From: Kineococcus sp. SYSU DK019
GTDB lineage: Bacteria; Actinomycetota; Actinomycetes; Actinomycetales; Kineococcaceae
Strand: one strand, 5' to 3'
Length of the DNA: 64,000 bases
NCBI RefSeq assembly: GCF_050871625.1
Contig: NZ_JBJLRS010000003.1
The notes beneath the pieces are model-generated. The model worked only from the letters and a program-made list of their open reading frames with translations, had not been told where the DNA came from and searched no databases. Shown piece by piece: positions 34,100-44,111 of the stretch. Position 1 is the stretch's first letter. Each line of letters begins with the position of its first letter. The translations under genes and the position numbers were made by a program.

Positions 34100-35359
34100 G
34101 TGAGCGAGCGCGACGGGCACCAGCGCGGTTACACGTCCTCGGACACCGAGCGCTGGGCCGCCGAACCGCCCAAGACCCACCGCCGCAGCGCGTTCGCCCG
34201 CGACCGCGCCCGCGTGCTGCACTCCTCGGCGCTGCGCCGCCTGGCCGCTAAGACGCAGGTCGTCGGCCCGGGCACCGACGACTTCGTGCGCAACCGCCTG
34301 ACCCACTCGCTGGAGGTCGCCCAGGTGGGCCGCGAGCTGGGTGCGGCGCTGGGCTGCGACCCGGACGTGGTGGACACCGCCTGCCTGGCCCACGACCTGG
34401 GGCACCCGCCCTTCGGGCACAACGGCGAGCGGGCCCTGGCGGAGGCGGCCGCCGACATCGGCGGCTTCGAGGGCAACGCGCAGACCCTGCGCCTGCTGAC
34501 CCGCCTGGAGCCCAAGACGGTCGCCGCCGACGGCTCGCCCGTCGGGCTGAACCTGACCCGGGCCAGCCTCGACGCGGCCACGAAGTACCCGTGGCTGCAC
34601 GGGGGGGCGCCGCGGGCCACCTCGAAGTTCGGCGCCTACACCGACGACGCGGAGGTCTTCGCGTGGCTGCGCGACGGCTCGCCGGAGAACCGCCCGTGCG
34701 TGGAGGCGCAGGTCATGGACTTCGCCGACGACGTCGCCTACAGCGTCCACGACGTGGAGGACGCCGTGGTCGCCGGCCACGTGCGGCTGAACTGGCTGCG
34801 CGAGCGCGAGACCCGCGCCCGCGTCGCCGCGCAGGTGCGCGACTGGTACCTCCCGGACGCGAGCGACGAGGCCGTGGACGAGGCCCTGACCCGGTTGGCG
34901 CAGCTGCCGTTCTGGGCGCAGGAACAGCCCGGGGAGGTGTTCGGCGGCCGCCGGCACCTGGCGGCGCTGAAGGACATGACCAGCCAGCTCATCGGCCGCT
35001 TCGCCAACGCCGCCCAGGACGCCACCCGCGCCCGCCACGGCGACGGGCCGCTGACCCGCTACGCCGCCGACGTGGAGGTCCCGGCGGAGACGGTGCTGGA
35101 GGTGGCCGTGCTCAAGGGCGTGGCCGCCACGTTCGTCATGAGCGCGCAGGAGCGCCAGCCGTTCTACGCCCGCCAGCGCGAGCTGCTGCTGGAGCTGCTC
35201 ACCGCCCTGGTCGAGCGCGGCGCCGACGTGCTGGAACCGCCCTTCCGGCAGGACCACGGCGCCGCGCCCGACGACGCGGCGCGGCTGCGCGTGGTGGTCG
35301 ACCAGGTGGCCTCGCTCACCGACGTCTCGGCGCTCGCCTGGCACGCCCGCCTCACCTGA
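34100..35359 (+). CDS. dgt: dGTP triphosphohydrolase-like HD domain protein
   Basis: [12 protein letters not shown] motif. It lies upstream of dnaG, as in mycobacteria. Confidence 0.85.
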   Translation: MSERDGHQRGYTSSDTERWAAEPPKTHRRSAFARDRARVLHSSALRRLAAKTQVVGPGTDDFVRNRLTHSLEVAQVGRELGAALGCDPDVVDTACLAHDLGHPPFGHNGERALAEAAADIGGFEGNAQTLRLLTRLEPKTVAADGSPVGLNLTRASLDAATKYPWLHGGAPRATSKFGAYTDDAEVFAWLRDGSPENRPCVEAQVMDFADDVAYSVHDVEDAVVAGHVRLNWLRERETRARVAAQVRDWYLPDASDEAVDEALTRLAQLPFWAQEQPGEVFGGRRHLAALKDMTSQLIGRFANAAQDATRARHGDGPLTRYAADVEVPAETVLEVAVLKGVAATFVMSAQERQPFYARQRELLLELLTALVERGADVLEPPFRQDHGAAPDDAARLRVVVDQVASLTDVSALAWHARLT

Positions 35360-35379
35360 GCGCCGGGCCCGGGCGGGCC

Positions 35380-35985
35380 TCACTCCAGGGGCACGGGCTC
35401 GAAGGGGTCGCGCAGCGTCCCGGCGGTCAGGGAACCCACCAGGGGCTGCCCCACGCCCACCAGGAGGCAGCGCACCTGCAGCTCGCCCGCGTCGTGCGCG
35501 TCGTCGCCGGGCCAGGCGGACGCGTGCGTGACCGAGCCGGCCGGCAGGCCGCGACGCTCGGCGAGCGCGGCCACGGCCGTCGCGCAGAACGCGTTCGCGC
35601 CCTCGCGGCGCGCCCGCTCGAGGTGCCCGGCGACCACCGGGCTCGCCAGCACCACCTCGGCGCCGTGCTCCCCGGCGCACCCGGCGGGCCGGTAGACGTC
35701 GGCGGTGCGCTCCAGGCAGGTGCCCACCGGCCACTGCCCGGCGCGCGCCAGCTCGATCGACTCCGAGGAGCGCAGCGCCGCGGCGTGGCCGCCGGAGCCG
35801 TCCAGCACCGCCCAGGCGCCGAAGCCGAGGCCGCCGAGCACGAGCACCCCCGCGGTGCCCGCCGCGCCGGCGGCCACCAGCAGGGCGTCGCGCCCCCGGC
35901 GACGGGGCGCTCCGGGCGGTGAGGACGGCGGGGGCGGTGGGGGCGGTGGGGGCCACGGCGCTGCGCCGGCGGAGGAGGGGTGCAC
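35380..35985 (-). CDS. Hypothetical membrane-anchored protein with a poly-Pro N-terminus and a 4-Cys extracytoplasmic domain (septum-formation-family-like)
   Basis: P9 stretch, one transmembrane helix, and four Cys in the C-terminal domain. Weak family call. Confidence 0.4.
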   Translation of the reverse strand: MHPSSAGAAPWPPPPPPPPPSSPPGAPRRRGRDALLVAAGAAGTAGVLVLGGLGFGAWAVLDGSGGHAAALRSSESIELARAGQWPVGTCLERTADVYRPAGCAGEHGAEVVLASPVVAGHLERARREGANAFCATAVAALAERRGLPAGSVTHASAWPGDDAHDAGELQVRCLLVGVGQPLVGSLTAGTLRDPFEPVPLE

Positions 35986-36075
35986 GGCCGGGACCGTAGG
36001 GGCGCGGGCGTCACCGGGTGCCGCTCCGCACGGTCCCCTGTGGACCGCCGGCCCGTCCGGCGGGCCGGGGATCCC

Positions 36076-36693
36076 TCAGCGCGCCCGGCGCCGCGCCGAG
36101 ATGACCCCGGTGTCGAAACCGGCCAGGTGCAGGCCCCCGTGGAAGCGGGCGTGCTCGATCTTCAGGCAGCGGTTCATCACCACGGTGGTGCCCGCCTCGT
36201 GACCGCGGCGGGCCACGTCGTCGTCCGACAGGCCCAGCTGCAGCCACAGCACCGGCGAGCCCACCGCGAGCGTCTCGTCGAGCGCCGCACCCAGCTGGCT
36301 GGGCCGGCGGAACACGTCCACGACGTCCGGCACGCCCGGCAGCTCCGCCAGCGACGGGTACGCGGGCCGGCCCAGCACCTCCTGCTCGTTCGGGTTGACG
36401 AACCACACCTCGTAGTCGGAGCTGGCCAGCAGGTAGGTGCCCACGAAGTACGACGCGCGCGACGGCTTGTTCGACGCGCCGAGGATCGCCACCGTCCGGG
36501 TGCGGCGCAGGATCGACAACCGCTGCCCCGGGGTGGGGGGCGTCCAGCCGCCGGTGTCGCGCACGGGCGGGGCGTCCTTCGCGCCGGTGGCCGGTGCGGC
36601 CGGCTCCTGCGGCCGGGCGGCGACGCTGCCGGTGTCGCCGATCGCCCCGGTGGGGGCGCCGGTGCCCACGCCCTCGTGCTCGTGCCCGCTCAC
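36076..36693 (-). CDS. CoA-binding domain protein (YccU-like)
   Basis: AILGASNKPSRASY is seen in the translation. The GTG start overlaps the metY stop (GTGA). Confidence 0.65.
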   Translation of the reverse strand: MSGHEHEGVGTGAPTGAIGDTGSVAARPQEPAAPATGAKDAPPVRDTGGWTPPTPGQRLSILRRTRTVAILGASNKPSRASYFVGTYLLASSDYEVWFVNPNEQEVLGRPAYPSLAELPGVPDVVDVFRRPSQLGAALDETLAVGSPVLWLQLGLSDDDVARRGHEAGTTVVMNRCLKIEHARFHGGLHLAGFDTGVISARRRAR

Positions 36694-38054
36694 CGCGAGG
36701 CCCCCTTCGTCGCGGCGGTCAGCGCCTGGTCCAGGTCCCACAGGACGTCCTCGACGTCCTCCAGCCCGACGCTGATGCGGATCAGGTCCTCCGGCACCCC
36801 GGCCGCCTCCAGCTGCGCCGGCGAGAGCTGCTGGTGGGTGGTGGAGGCCGGGTGCAGCACGAGGGTGCGCGCGTCGCCGATGTTGGCCAGGTGCGAGCAC
36901 AGCTGGCAGTTCTCGATGAACCGCTCGCCGGCGGCGCGCCCGCCGGCGACGCCGAAGGAGAACACCGCGCCCGGCCCCTCCGGCAGGTAGCGCTGCGCCC
37001 GCTCGAAGTGCGGGTGCGAGGGCAGGCCGGAGTAGCGCACCCAGCTGACGCGCTCGTCCGCCTCGAGCCACTGCGCCACCCGGCGCGCGTTGGCCACGTG
37101 CTCGCGCATGCGCTGCGGCAGCGTCTCCACGCCCATCAGCAGCAGGAACGCCGAGTGCGGGGCCAGGGTGGCGCCGATGTCGCGCAGCTGCTCGCTGCGC
37201 AGCTTGGTGAGGAACCCGTACTCGGCGAAGTTGCCCCACCAGCTCAGGCCGCCGTAGCTGGCGACCGGCTCGGTCATGGCGGGGAACTTCCCGTTGTCCC
37301 AGGGGAAGGTGCCGGCGTCCACGACGACGCCGCCGAGGGTGGTGCCGTGCCCGCCGAGGAACTTGGTGGCGGAGTGGATGACGATGTCCGCCCCGTGCTC
37401 GATGGGCCGGCACAGGTAGGGGGTGGCGGTCGTGGCGTCGACGACCAGCGGGATCCCCGCCTCGTGGGCGACGTCGGCCAGCGCCCGCACGTCCGCGACC
37501 ACCGTGGAGGGGTTGGCCACCAGCTCGGTGAACACGAACCGCGTCTCCTCGGTGATCGCCGCGCGCACCGCGTCGGCCTCCGGCTCCACGAACACGGTGT
37601 CCACGCCGAAGCGGCGCAGCGTCACGTCCAGCTGCGTGACGGTGCCGCCGTAGAGGTTGTTGGAGGCGACGATCCGGTCGCCGGCGCCGGCCAGCGCCGC
37701 GAAGGTCAGGAACTCCGCGGACTGCCCGGAGCTGCACGCCAGCGCGCCCAGGCCGCCCTCCAGGGAGGCCATCCGCTCCTCCAGCGCCGCGACGGTGGGG
37801 TTGGAGATGCGGCTGTAGATGTTGCCGTACTTCTGCAGGGCGAAGAGGTTGGCCGCGTCGGCGGCGTCCTCGAACACGAAGCTGGTGGTCTGGAAGATCG
37901 GCACGGCCCGCGCGCCCGTCGTCGGCTCCGGCACGGCGCCGGCGTGCACGGCGCGGGTGCGGAAGCCCCAGGCGCGGTCGCTGCTGCCGGGCGCGCGCTC
38001 GTCCCGCTGCTCGTCCCGCTGCTCGTCACTGCTCACGGGGGTCGATCCTGCCAC
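36690..38054 (-). CDS. metY: O-acetylhomoserine sulfhydrylase (PLP-dependent)
   Basis: Cys/Met metabolism PLP family and [10 protein letters not shown] lysine motif. Confidence 0.85.
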   Translation of the reverse strand: MAGSTPVSSDEQRDEQRDERAPGSSDRAWGFRTRAVHAGAVPEPTTGARAVPIFQTTSFVFEDAADAANLFALQKYGNIYSRISNPTVAALEERMASLEGGLGALACSSGQSAEFLTFAALAGAGDRIVASNNLYGGTVTQLDVTLRRFGVDTVFVEPEADAVRAAITEETRFVFTELVANPSTVVADVRALADVAHEAGIPLVVDATTATPYLCRPIEHGADIVIHSATKFLGGHGTTLGGVVVDAGTFPWDNGKFPAMTEPVASYGGLSWWGNFAEYGFLTKLRSEQLRDIGATLAPHSAFLLLMGVETLPQRMREHVANARRVAQWLEADERVSWVRYSGLPSHPHFERAQRYLPEGPGAVFSFGVAGGRAAGERFIENCQLCSHLANIGDARTLVLHPASTTHQQLSPAQLEAAGVPEDLIRISVGLEDVEDVLWDLDQALTAATKGASR

Positions 38055-38113
38055 CCGCGCCCGCCGCCGGCGGCGGGTCGGCCCCGTCGGGGCCCGCGCC
38101 TAGACTCCGGCGC

Positions 38114-40012
38114 GTGCCAGGTCTCATCCACCCCGACGACCTGCGCGCGGTCAAGGAGCGCGTCCGCATCGACGAGGTGGTCGCCGAGCAGGTGACGCTG
38201 CGCCCCGGCGGCGTGGGGTCCTTCAAGGGGCTGTGCCCCTTCCACGACGAGCGCACCCCCAGCTTCACCGTCCGCCCGGCGGTGGGCCGCTGGCACTGCT
38301 TCGGCTGCGGCGAGGGCGGCGACGCCATCGAGTTCGTCCGGCGCATCGACGGCACCACGTTCACCGAGGCCGTCGAGCGCCTGGCCGAGCGCGCCGGCGT
38401 GCAGCTGCGCTACGTCGACGACGGCGGCCGCCCCGGCAAGCGCCCGGCCGGGGCGCAGGGGGCCGGCCAGCGCCAGCGGCTGCTGGAGGCGCACCGCGCG
38501 GCCGAGGCCTTCTACGCCGGGCAGCTGGAGCAGCCCGGCCCCGCCGAGACCGCCCGCCGCTTCCTGGCCGAGCGCGGCTTCAGCCGCGAGGCCGCCGCCC
38601 GCTTCGGGGTCGGCTTCGCACCCGCCGGCGGCGAGGCGCTGCTGCGCCACCTGCGCGCGGCGGGCTTCACCGAGGAGGAGCTGACCACCTCCGGCCTGGC
38701 CGGGCAGGGGCAGCGCGGACTGTACGACCGCTTCCGCGGCCGCCTGGTCTGGCCCATCCGCGACGTCAGCGGCCACACCGTCGCCTTCGGCGCGCGCCGC
38801 CTCTTCGACGACGACCGCATCGACGCCAAGTACCTCAACTCGCCCGAGACCCCGGTCTACAAGAAGTCCCAGGCCCTGTACGGCCTGGACCTCGCCAAGC
38901 GCGACATCGCCCGCACCAAGCAGGTCGTCGTCGTGGAGGGCTACACCGACGTGATGGCCTGCCACCTGGCGGGCGTGACCACCGCGGTCGCCACCTGCGG
39001 CACCGCGTTCGGCGAGGAGCACGCCCGCATCGTCCAGCGGATGCTCGGCGACGCGGCCGGCTCCGCCGAGGTCGTCTTCACCTTCGACGGCGACGCGGCG
39101 GGGCAGAAGGCCGCGCTGCGGGCCTTCGAGCTGGAGGAGCGCTTCACCGCGCAGACGTACGTGGCGGTCGAGCCGTCCGGTCAGGACCCGTGCGACCTGC
39201 GCCTGTCCGCCGGCGACGCCGCGGTGGCGGCCCTGGTGGCCGGCCGGGTGCCGCTGTTCGAGTTCGCGATCCGCTCCACCATCTCCCGCTTCGACCTGGG
39301 CAGCGAGGCCGGCCGGCTGGCCGCCCTGGACGCCGCCGCCCCGATCGTCGCGGGCATCCGCGACAGCGGCCTGCGCCAGCGCTACGCGGTGAACCTGGAC
39401 CGCTGGACGGGTTTCCTCGACGAGCGCTTCGTGCTGGACCGGGTGCGCCGCCACGCCGGCGGCCGCGGGGGGCGGGCCGGGCGCGAGGGCAGGAGCGCCG
39501 CGCCCGAGCCGGCGCCCGCGGCACCGCCGGCCCCCGCGGTCAACGACGCCGTCGTGCAGCTGGAGCGGTGGGTCCTGGCGTGCGTGCTGCAGGCGCCGTG
39601 GGTCGTCGCGGACGACTTCGCCGGCCTGGCCGCGGACGCCTTCGGCGCGCCGGGGCACCGCGCCGTGCACGACGCCGTCACCGCCGCCGGGGGGCCGCTG
39701 GAGGCGCCGCAGGGCCCCGGCTGGGTCGAGGCGGTGCTGGAGTACGCCGACGGGCCGGTGGCCGGGCTCGTGCAGGAGCTGGCCGTGGCCGAGCTGCCGG
39801 TCACCGACGAGGAGGAGATGGAGCGCTGGGGGCGCTCGCTGGTGGCCACGCTGGCCGGGCAGGCGGCCACCCGCGCGGTCGCCGACGCCAAGCGCCGGCT
39901 GTGGAGCATCGACGCCTCCGCGCACCCGCAGGAGTACCAGGAGGCCTCGGCCGAGCTGTTCCGGCTGGAGGCGGCGCGCCGGGCCTGGCAGGAGCGCGCC
40001 CAGGGGTCCTGA
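38114..40012 (+). CDS. dnaG: DNA primase
   Basis: Zinc ribbon CPFHDERTPSF...CFGCG, TOPRIM domain and DnaB-interacting C-terminus. Confidence 0.9.
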   Translation: MPGLIHPDDLRAVKERVRIDEVVAEQVTLRPGGVGSFKGLCPFHDERTPSFTVRPAVGRWHCFGCGEGGDAIEFVRRIDGTTFTEAVERLAERAGVQLRYVDDGGRPGKRPAGAQGAGQRQRLLEAHRAAEAFYAGQLEQPGPAETARRFLAERGFSREAAARFGVGFAPAGGEALLRHLRAAGFTEEELTTSGLAGQGQRGLYDRFRGRLVWPIRDVSGHTVAFGARRLFDDDRIDAKYLNSPETPVYKKSQALYGLDLAKRDIARTKQVVVVEGYTDVMACHLAGVTTAVATCGTAFGEEHARIVQRMLGDAAGSAEVVFTFDGDAAGQKAALRAFELEERFTAQTYVAVEPSGQDPCDLRLSAGDAAVAALVAGRVPLFEFAIRSTISRFDLGSEAGRLAALDAAAPIVAGIRDSGLRQRYAVNLDRWTGFLDERFVLDRVRRHAGGRGGRAGREGRSAAPEPAPAAPPAPAVNDAVVQLERWVLACVLQAPWVVADDFAGLAADAFGAPGHRAVHDAVTAAGGPLEAPQGPGWVEAVLEYADGPVAGLVQELAVAELPVTDEEEMERWGRSLVATLAGQAATRAVADAKRRLWSIDASAHPQEYQEASAELFRLEAARRAWQERAQGS

Positions 40013-40103
40013 GGAACCTCGCGCGCAGGGCGGCCCGGGCGCAGGCACCCGGTCGCGGCTGGTACGGTTGACGTGCTGTCGCCGGGGGTTCACCCGGTGG
40101 TGG

Positions 40104-40176
40104 TCCCGCATAGCTCAATTGGCAGAGCAGCCGGCTGTTAACCGGCAGGTTGTTGGTTCGAGTCCAACTGCGGGAG
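40104..40176 (+). tRNA. tRNA-Asn (anticodon GTT)
   Basis: Cloverleaf drawn by hand: acceptor TCCCGCA/TGCGGGA, D arm GCTC/GAGC, anticodon loop CTGTTAA, T loop GGTTCGAGTCC. Confidence 0.85.
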
Positions 40177-40240
40177 CGTCCTGGAGGGGGTCTGCGCGTG
40201 CAGGCCCCCTTCGTCGTCCCCGGGGTCCGCGAGGCTGGAG

Positions 40241-40936
40241 GTGGCCGTGCGCGCACGTCGCTCCGGTGCCCCGGCGGCGATCCTCGTGCCGCTGCTCGTC
40301 CTGGTGCTCGCCGTCGCGCTGTGGCGGGCCCTGACCGGCGACGCGGCGGGGCCCGCGCGGCGCGACGCGTCGGGCGGGGCCGCCGAGGCGCTGGCCGCCC
40401 TGCCGGTGCGCGAGGCCGCCCCCTCCGCCGGTTACCAGCGCACCCGCTTCGGCTCCAGCTGGGTCGACGTCGACGACAACGGCTGCCGCACCCGCGACGA
40501 CGTCCTGCTGCGCGACCTGGTCGACGTCCGCCTCGCGCCGGACGGCTGCACCGTCCTGTCCGGCACGCTGCGGGACCCGTACTCCGGCGACGAGGTCGCC
40601 TTCCGCCGCGGCGAGGACACCAGCGCCGAGGTGCAGATCGACCACGTCGTGGCGCTGGCGGCCGCCTGGCGCACCGGCGCGCAGGAGCTCAGCGAGGACG
40701 AACGGGTCCGCTTCGCCAACGACCCCCTGGAACTGCTGGCCGTGGACGGCCCGCTGAACGGGGCCAAGGGCGACGACGACGCCGCGCAGTGGCTGCCGCC
40801 CGAGGGGGAGTGCGAGTACGTCGCCCGGCAGGTCGCCGTCAAGAGCGCCTGGCGGTTGTGGGTGACGCCCGCGGAGCGCGACGCGATGGCCGGCGTCCTG
40901 GCCGGCTGCCCCGGGCAGGAGCTGCCCGCGCCCTGA
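40241..40936 (+). CDS. Secreted HNH-like endonuclease family protein (DUF1524-like)
   Basis: N-terminal transmembrane/signal segment and a C-terminal ...QIDHVVALAAAW... His-Me finger-like motif. Confidence 0.55.
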   Translation: MAVRARRSGAPAAILVPLLVLVLAVALWRALTGDAAGPARRDASGGAAEALAALPVREAAPSAGYQRTRFGSSWVDVDDNGCRTRDDVLLRDLVDVRLAPDGCTVLSGTLRDPYSGDEVAFRRGEDTSAEVQIDHVVALAAAWRTGAQELSEDERVRFANDPLELLAVDGPLNGAKGDDDAAQWLPPEGECEYVARQVAVKSAWRLWVTPAERDAMAGVLAGCPGQELPAP

Positions 40937-40984
40937 TCCGGGCGGCGTGCCCCGGGCACGGGCGGGGATGCCCTAGGCTGGTCG

Positions 40985-41072
40985 GACCATCCAGAGCGGC
41001 CGAGAGACCTGGCTCGACGACGCCGCAGCAACCCCCCTCGGGAGGGTGCTCATGCCAGGACCGATGGAGGCT
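40985..41072 (+). promoter_or_regulatory. SAM riboswitch aptamer (second copy) in the leader of the rhodanese-metZ-metE operon
   Basis: The 46-nt core is identical to the copy at 8551-8596. P1 is CCAUC...GAUGG, and the GTG start lies 4 nt after P1. Confidence 0.75.
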
Positions 41073-41074
41073 TC

Positions 41075-41494
41075 GTGAGCTACGCCGGCGACCTCACTCC
41101 CCGTGAGGCGTTCGAGTTGCTGCGTGACGACGGCGACGCCGTCCTCGTGGACGTCCGCACCGAGGCGGAGTGGACGTACGTCGGGGTCCCCGACGCCGCC
41201 GCGCTGCGCAGAGCACCGGTGTTCGCCTCCTGGCTGCCCGTGGAGGAGGACGCGCCCGGTGCGCGGTTCCTGGCGGAGCTGGAGCGGGCCGGCATCGCAC
41301 CGGGCCACCGCGGTCCGGTGGTGTTCCTGTGCCGCTCCGGCAAGCGGTCGGTCGGGGCGGCCACCGCCGCCACCGCAGCGGGCATCGGCCCCAGCTACAA
41401 CGTCCTGGACGGCTTCGAGGGCGACCTCGACGAGCACGGCCACCGCGGCGCCGCCGGCTGGCGCGCGCAGGGCCTTCCCTGGAGGCAGTCGTGA
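41075..41494 (+). CDS. Rhodanese-domain sulfurtransferase
   Basis: Single rhodanese domain with active-site loop CRSGKRS. Confidence 0.75.
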   Translation: MSYAGDLTPREAFELLRDDGDAVLVDVRTEAEWTYVGVPDAAALRRAPVFASWLPVEEDAPGARFLAELERAGIAPGHRGPVVFLCRSGKRSVGAATAATAAGIGPSYNVLDGFEGDLDEHGHRGAAGWRAQGLPWRQS

Positions 41495-42690
41495 CCGAGC
41501 AGCAGCCGAGCTCCTGGCGCCCCGACACCACCGCCGTGCGCGGTGGGCTGGCCCGCTCGGGGTTCGAGGAGACGTCCGAGGCGATGTACCTGACCTCCGG
41601 GTACGTGTACGAGTCCGCCGCCGCCGCGGAGGCCGCGTTCACCGGTGAGGTGGACCGCTACGTCTACTCCCGCTACGGCAACCCGACGGTGTCGGTGTTC
41701 ACCGAGCGGTTGCGGCTGCTGGAGGGCGCCGAGGCCTGCTACGGCCTGGCCAGCGGGATGTCCGCGGTGTTCTACGCCCTGGGCGCCCTGCTCGGTGCGG
41801 GGGACCGCGTCGTGGCCGCCCGCAGCCTGTTCGGGTCCTGCTACGTGATCCTCGACGAGATCCTGCCCCGCTGGGGCGTGACGACGGAGTTCGTCGACGG
41901 CGAGGACCTCGCGCAGTGGGAACGGGCCCTGGCCACGCCCGCGCAGGCGGTGTTCTTCGAAACCCCGGCGAACCCCATGCAGACCCTCGTGGACGTCGAG
42001 GCGGTCACGCAGCTCGCCCACGCGGCCGGCGCGGTCGTCGTGGTGGACAACGCGTTCGCCAGCCCGGTGGGGCAGCGGCCCCTGCGGTTCGGCGCCGACG
42101 TGGTCGTCTACTCCGCCACCAAGCACATCGACGGCCAGGGCCGCGTGATGGGCGGTGCCGTCCTGGGCACCACCGAGTTCATCGAGGGCCGCTTCCAGGA
42201 GCTGACCAGGCACACCGGCCCGACGCTGAGCCCGTTCAACGCCTGGACGCTGGCGAAGGGCCTGGAGACCCTGGGGCTGCGGGTGCGGCACTCCGCGGCC
42301 ACCGCCCTGCGCATCGCCGAGCACCTCGAGGCGAGCCCCGCCGTGCGCTGGGTGCGCTACCCCCTGCTGCCCTCGCACCCGCAGTTCGACCTCGCGAAGC
42401 GGCAGATGGAACTGGGCGGCACCGTCGTCACCTTCGAGCTGGACGCGCCCGGCGGGCGCGGCAAGGAACGTGCCTTCGAGGTGCTCGACGCCCTGCGGAC
42501 CATCGACATCTCCAACAACCTCGGCGACGCCAAGTCGCTGGCCACCCACCCCGCCACCACCACGCACCGCCGACTCGGCGAGCAGGGTCGCGCCGCCATC
42601 GGCCTGTCGGACGCCGTCCTGCGGCTGTCGGTGGGGCTGGAGGACCCCGAGGACCTGCTCGAGGACCTCGACCGCGCCCTGCGCCGCTGA
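41491..42690 (+). CDS. metZ: O-succinylhomoserine sulfhydrylase / cystathionine gamma-synthase family (PLP)
   Basis: YSRYGNPT, SATKHIDGQG. The GTG start overlaps the rhodanese stop. Confidence 0.8.
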   Translation: MTEQQPSSWRPDTTAVRGGLARSGFEETSEAMYLTSGYVYESAAAAEAAFTGEVDRYVYSRYGNPTVSVFTERLRLLEGAEACYGLASGMSAVFYALGALLGAGDRVVAARSLFGSCYVILDEILPRWGVTTEFVDGEDLAQWERALATPAQAVFFETPANPMQTLVDVEAVTQLAHAAGAVVVVDNAFASPVGQRPLRFGADVVVYSATKHIDGQGRVMGGAVLGTTEFIEGRFQELTRHTGPTLSPFNAWTLAKGLETLGLRVRHSAATALRIAEHLEASPAVRWVRYPLLPSHPQFDLAKRQMELGGTVVTFELDAPGGRGKERAFEVLDALRTIDISNNLGDAKSLATHPATTTHRRLGEQGRAAIGLSDAVLRLSVGLEDPEDLLEDLDRALRR

Positions 42691-42717
42691 CGACCCCACC
42701 CCACGAACGGAGACCCC

Positions 42718-43950
42718 TTGTCCCGCAACGACCGTCGCATCGAGGTCAGCCACGCCGGCAGCCTGCCCCGCACCCCCGAGCTCATCGCCGCGAACGACGC
42801 CCGCCGCGTCGGCGAGGACGGGTTCACCCTGGAGCGCACGCCGGAGTTCGAGGCGCTGCTGACCGACGCCGTCGTCGACCTCGTGGCGCGCCAGCGCGAC
42901 CTGGGCATCACCCTCGTCGGCGACGGCGAGTACGGCAAGGCCATGACGAGCGCCGTGGACTACGGGGCCTGGTGGTCGTACTCGTTCCAGCGCGTGACCG
43001 GTCTGGAGGTGACCGGCGAGGACCTGTTCACGCAGCCGGTCGTGCGCTCGGAGCCGGGCAAGGTGCGGCTGACGAGCTTCCCCGACCGCCGCGACTGGAG
43101 CACGTTCAAGGACGCCTACACCGACCCCACCTCGGGGATCATGACGGGCAAGCAGGCGACCGCGTTCCCCGCCACCACCGGCCCGCTGAGCTACGTCGGC
43201 CAGGAGGCCATCGCCTCCGACGTCGCGAACCTCGTCGCGGGCCTGGAGGCCGCCGGCCTGGACCGCAGCCAGGGCTTCATCACGTCCCTGTCCCCGGGCA
43301 GCGGCGCGCGCATCTCCAACCGGTACTACGCCACCGAGGAGGAGCACATCTGGGCGTGGGCGGAGGTGATGCGCGAGGAGTACCGCGCCGTCGTGGACGC
43401 CGGCCTCGTCCTGCAGATCGACGACCCGTCCATCGCGGAGAACTGGGACCAGATCAACCCCGAGCCCAGCCTGGAGGACTACCGCGCGTTCACGAAGATC
43501 CGCGTGGAAGCCCTCAACCACGCCATCCGCGACCTGCCGGCCGAGCAGGTCCGGTTCCACCTGTGCTGGGGCAGCTGGCACGGCCCGCACACCACCGACA
43601 TCGAGTTCCGGCACATCGCCGACCTCATGCTGGACATCAACGCCGGTTCCTACTCCTTCGAGGCGGCCAACGCCCGCCACGAGCACGAGTGGAAGGTCTG
43701 GAAGGACCTGGAACTCCCGGCGGGCAAGAAGATCGTGCCGGGTGTCGTCGGCCACGCCACGAACGTCGTGGAGCACCCCGAGCTCGTCGCCGACCGCATC
43801 GAGCGGTTCGCCTCGGTCGTCGGCCCGGAGAACGTCATCGCCTCCACCGACTGCGGCCTCGGCGGGCGCATCCACCCGCAGATCGCCGTCGCCAAGCTCG
43901 CCGCGCTGGGCGAGGGTGCGCGGATCGCGAGCGAGCGCCTCTTCGGCTGA
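42718..43950 (+). CDS. Single-domain cobalamin-independent methionine synthase (MetE C-terminal/UroD-like) homologue
   Basis: 410 aa. Zn-site-like residues H..C..E..C (HLCWGSW, TDCGLG). TTG start with an acggag RBS. Confidence 0.7.
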   Translation: MSRNDRRIEVSHAGSLPRTPELIAANDARRVGEDGFTLERTPEFEALLTDAVVDLVARQRDLGITLVGDGEYGKAMTSAVDYGAWWSYSFQRVTGLEVTGEDLFTQPVVRSEPGKVRLTSFPDRRDWSTFKDAYTDPTSGIMTGKQATAFPATTGPLSYVGQEAIASDVANLVAGLEAAGLDRSQGFITSLSPGSGARISNRYYATEEEHIWAWAEVMREEYRAVVDAGLVLQIDDPSIAENWDQINPEPSLEDYRAFTKIRVEALNHAIRDLPAEQVRFHLCWGSWHGPHTTDIEFRHIADLMLDINAGSYSFEAANARHEHEWKVWKDLELPAGKKIVPGVVGHATNVVEHPELVADRIERFASVVGPENVIASTDCGLGGRIHPQIAVAKLAALGEGARIASERLFG

Positions 43951-44000
43951 GGGGCCGGTCCCCGCACCGGGTACTCTTCCGGTGCGGGGACGACCCGCGC

Positions 44001-44074
44001 GGGGCGGTAGCTCAGCCGGTCAGAGCAGGGAACTCATAATTCCTCGGTCGTGGGTTCGAGCCCCACCCGCCCCA
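44001..44074 (+). tRNA. tRNA-Met elongator (anticodon CAT)
   Basis: Acceptor GGGGCGG/CCGCCCC, anticodon loop CTCATAA. The G1-C72 pair and A-U pairs next to the loop argue against initiator identity. A lysidine-modified Ile2 cannot be excluded. Confidence 0.8.
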
Positions 44075-44111
44075 CGTCGTCGGTGCAGGGCTGCTCCGAC
44101 CTGCCGTTCGG

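Noticed and set aside
44001-44074. Initiator tRNA-fMet
   Set aside because: G1-C72 is paired, and the anticodon stem lacks the three consecutive G-C pairs adjacent to the loop, so it is an elongator-type tRNA. Lysidine-modified tRNA-Ile2 remains possible.
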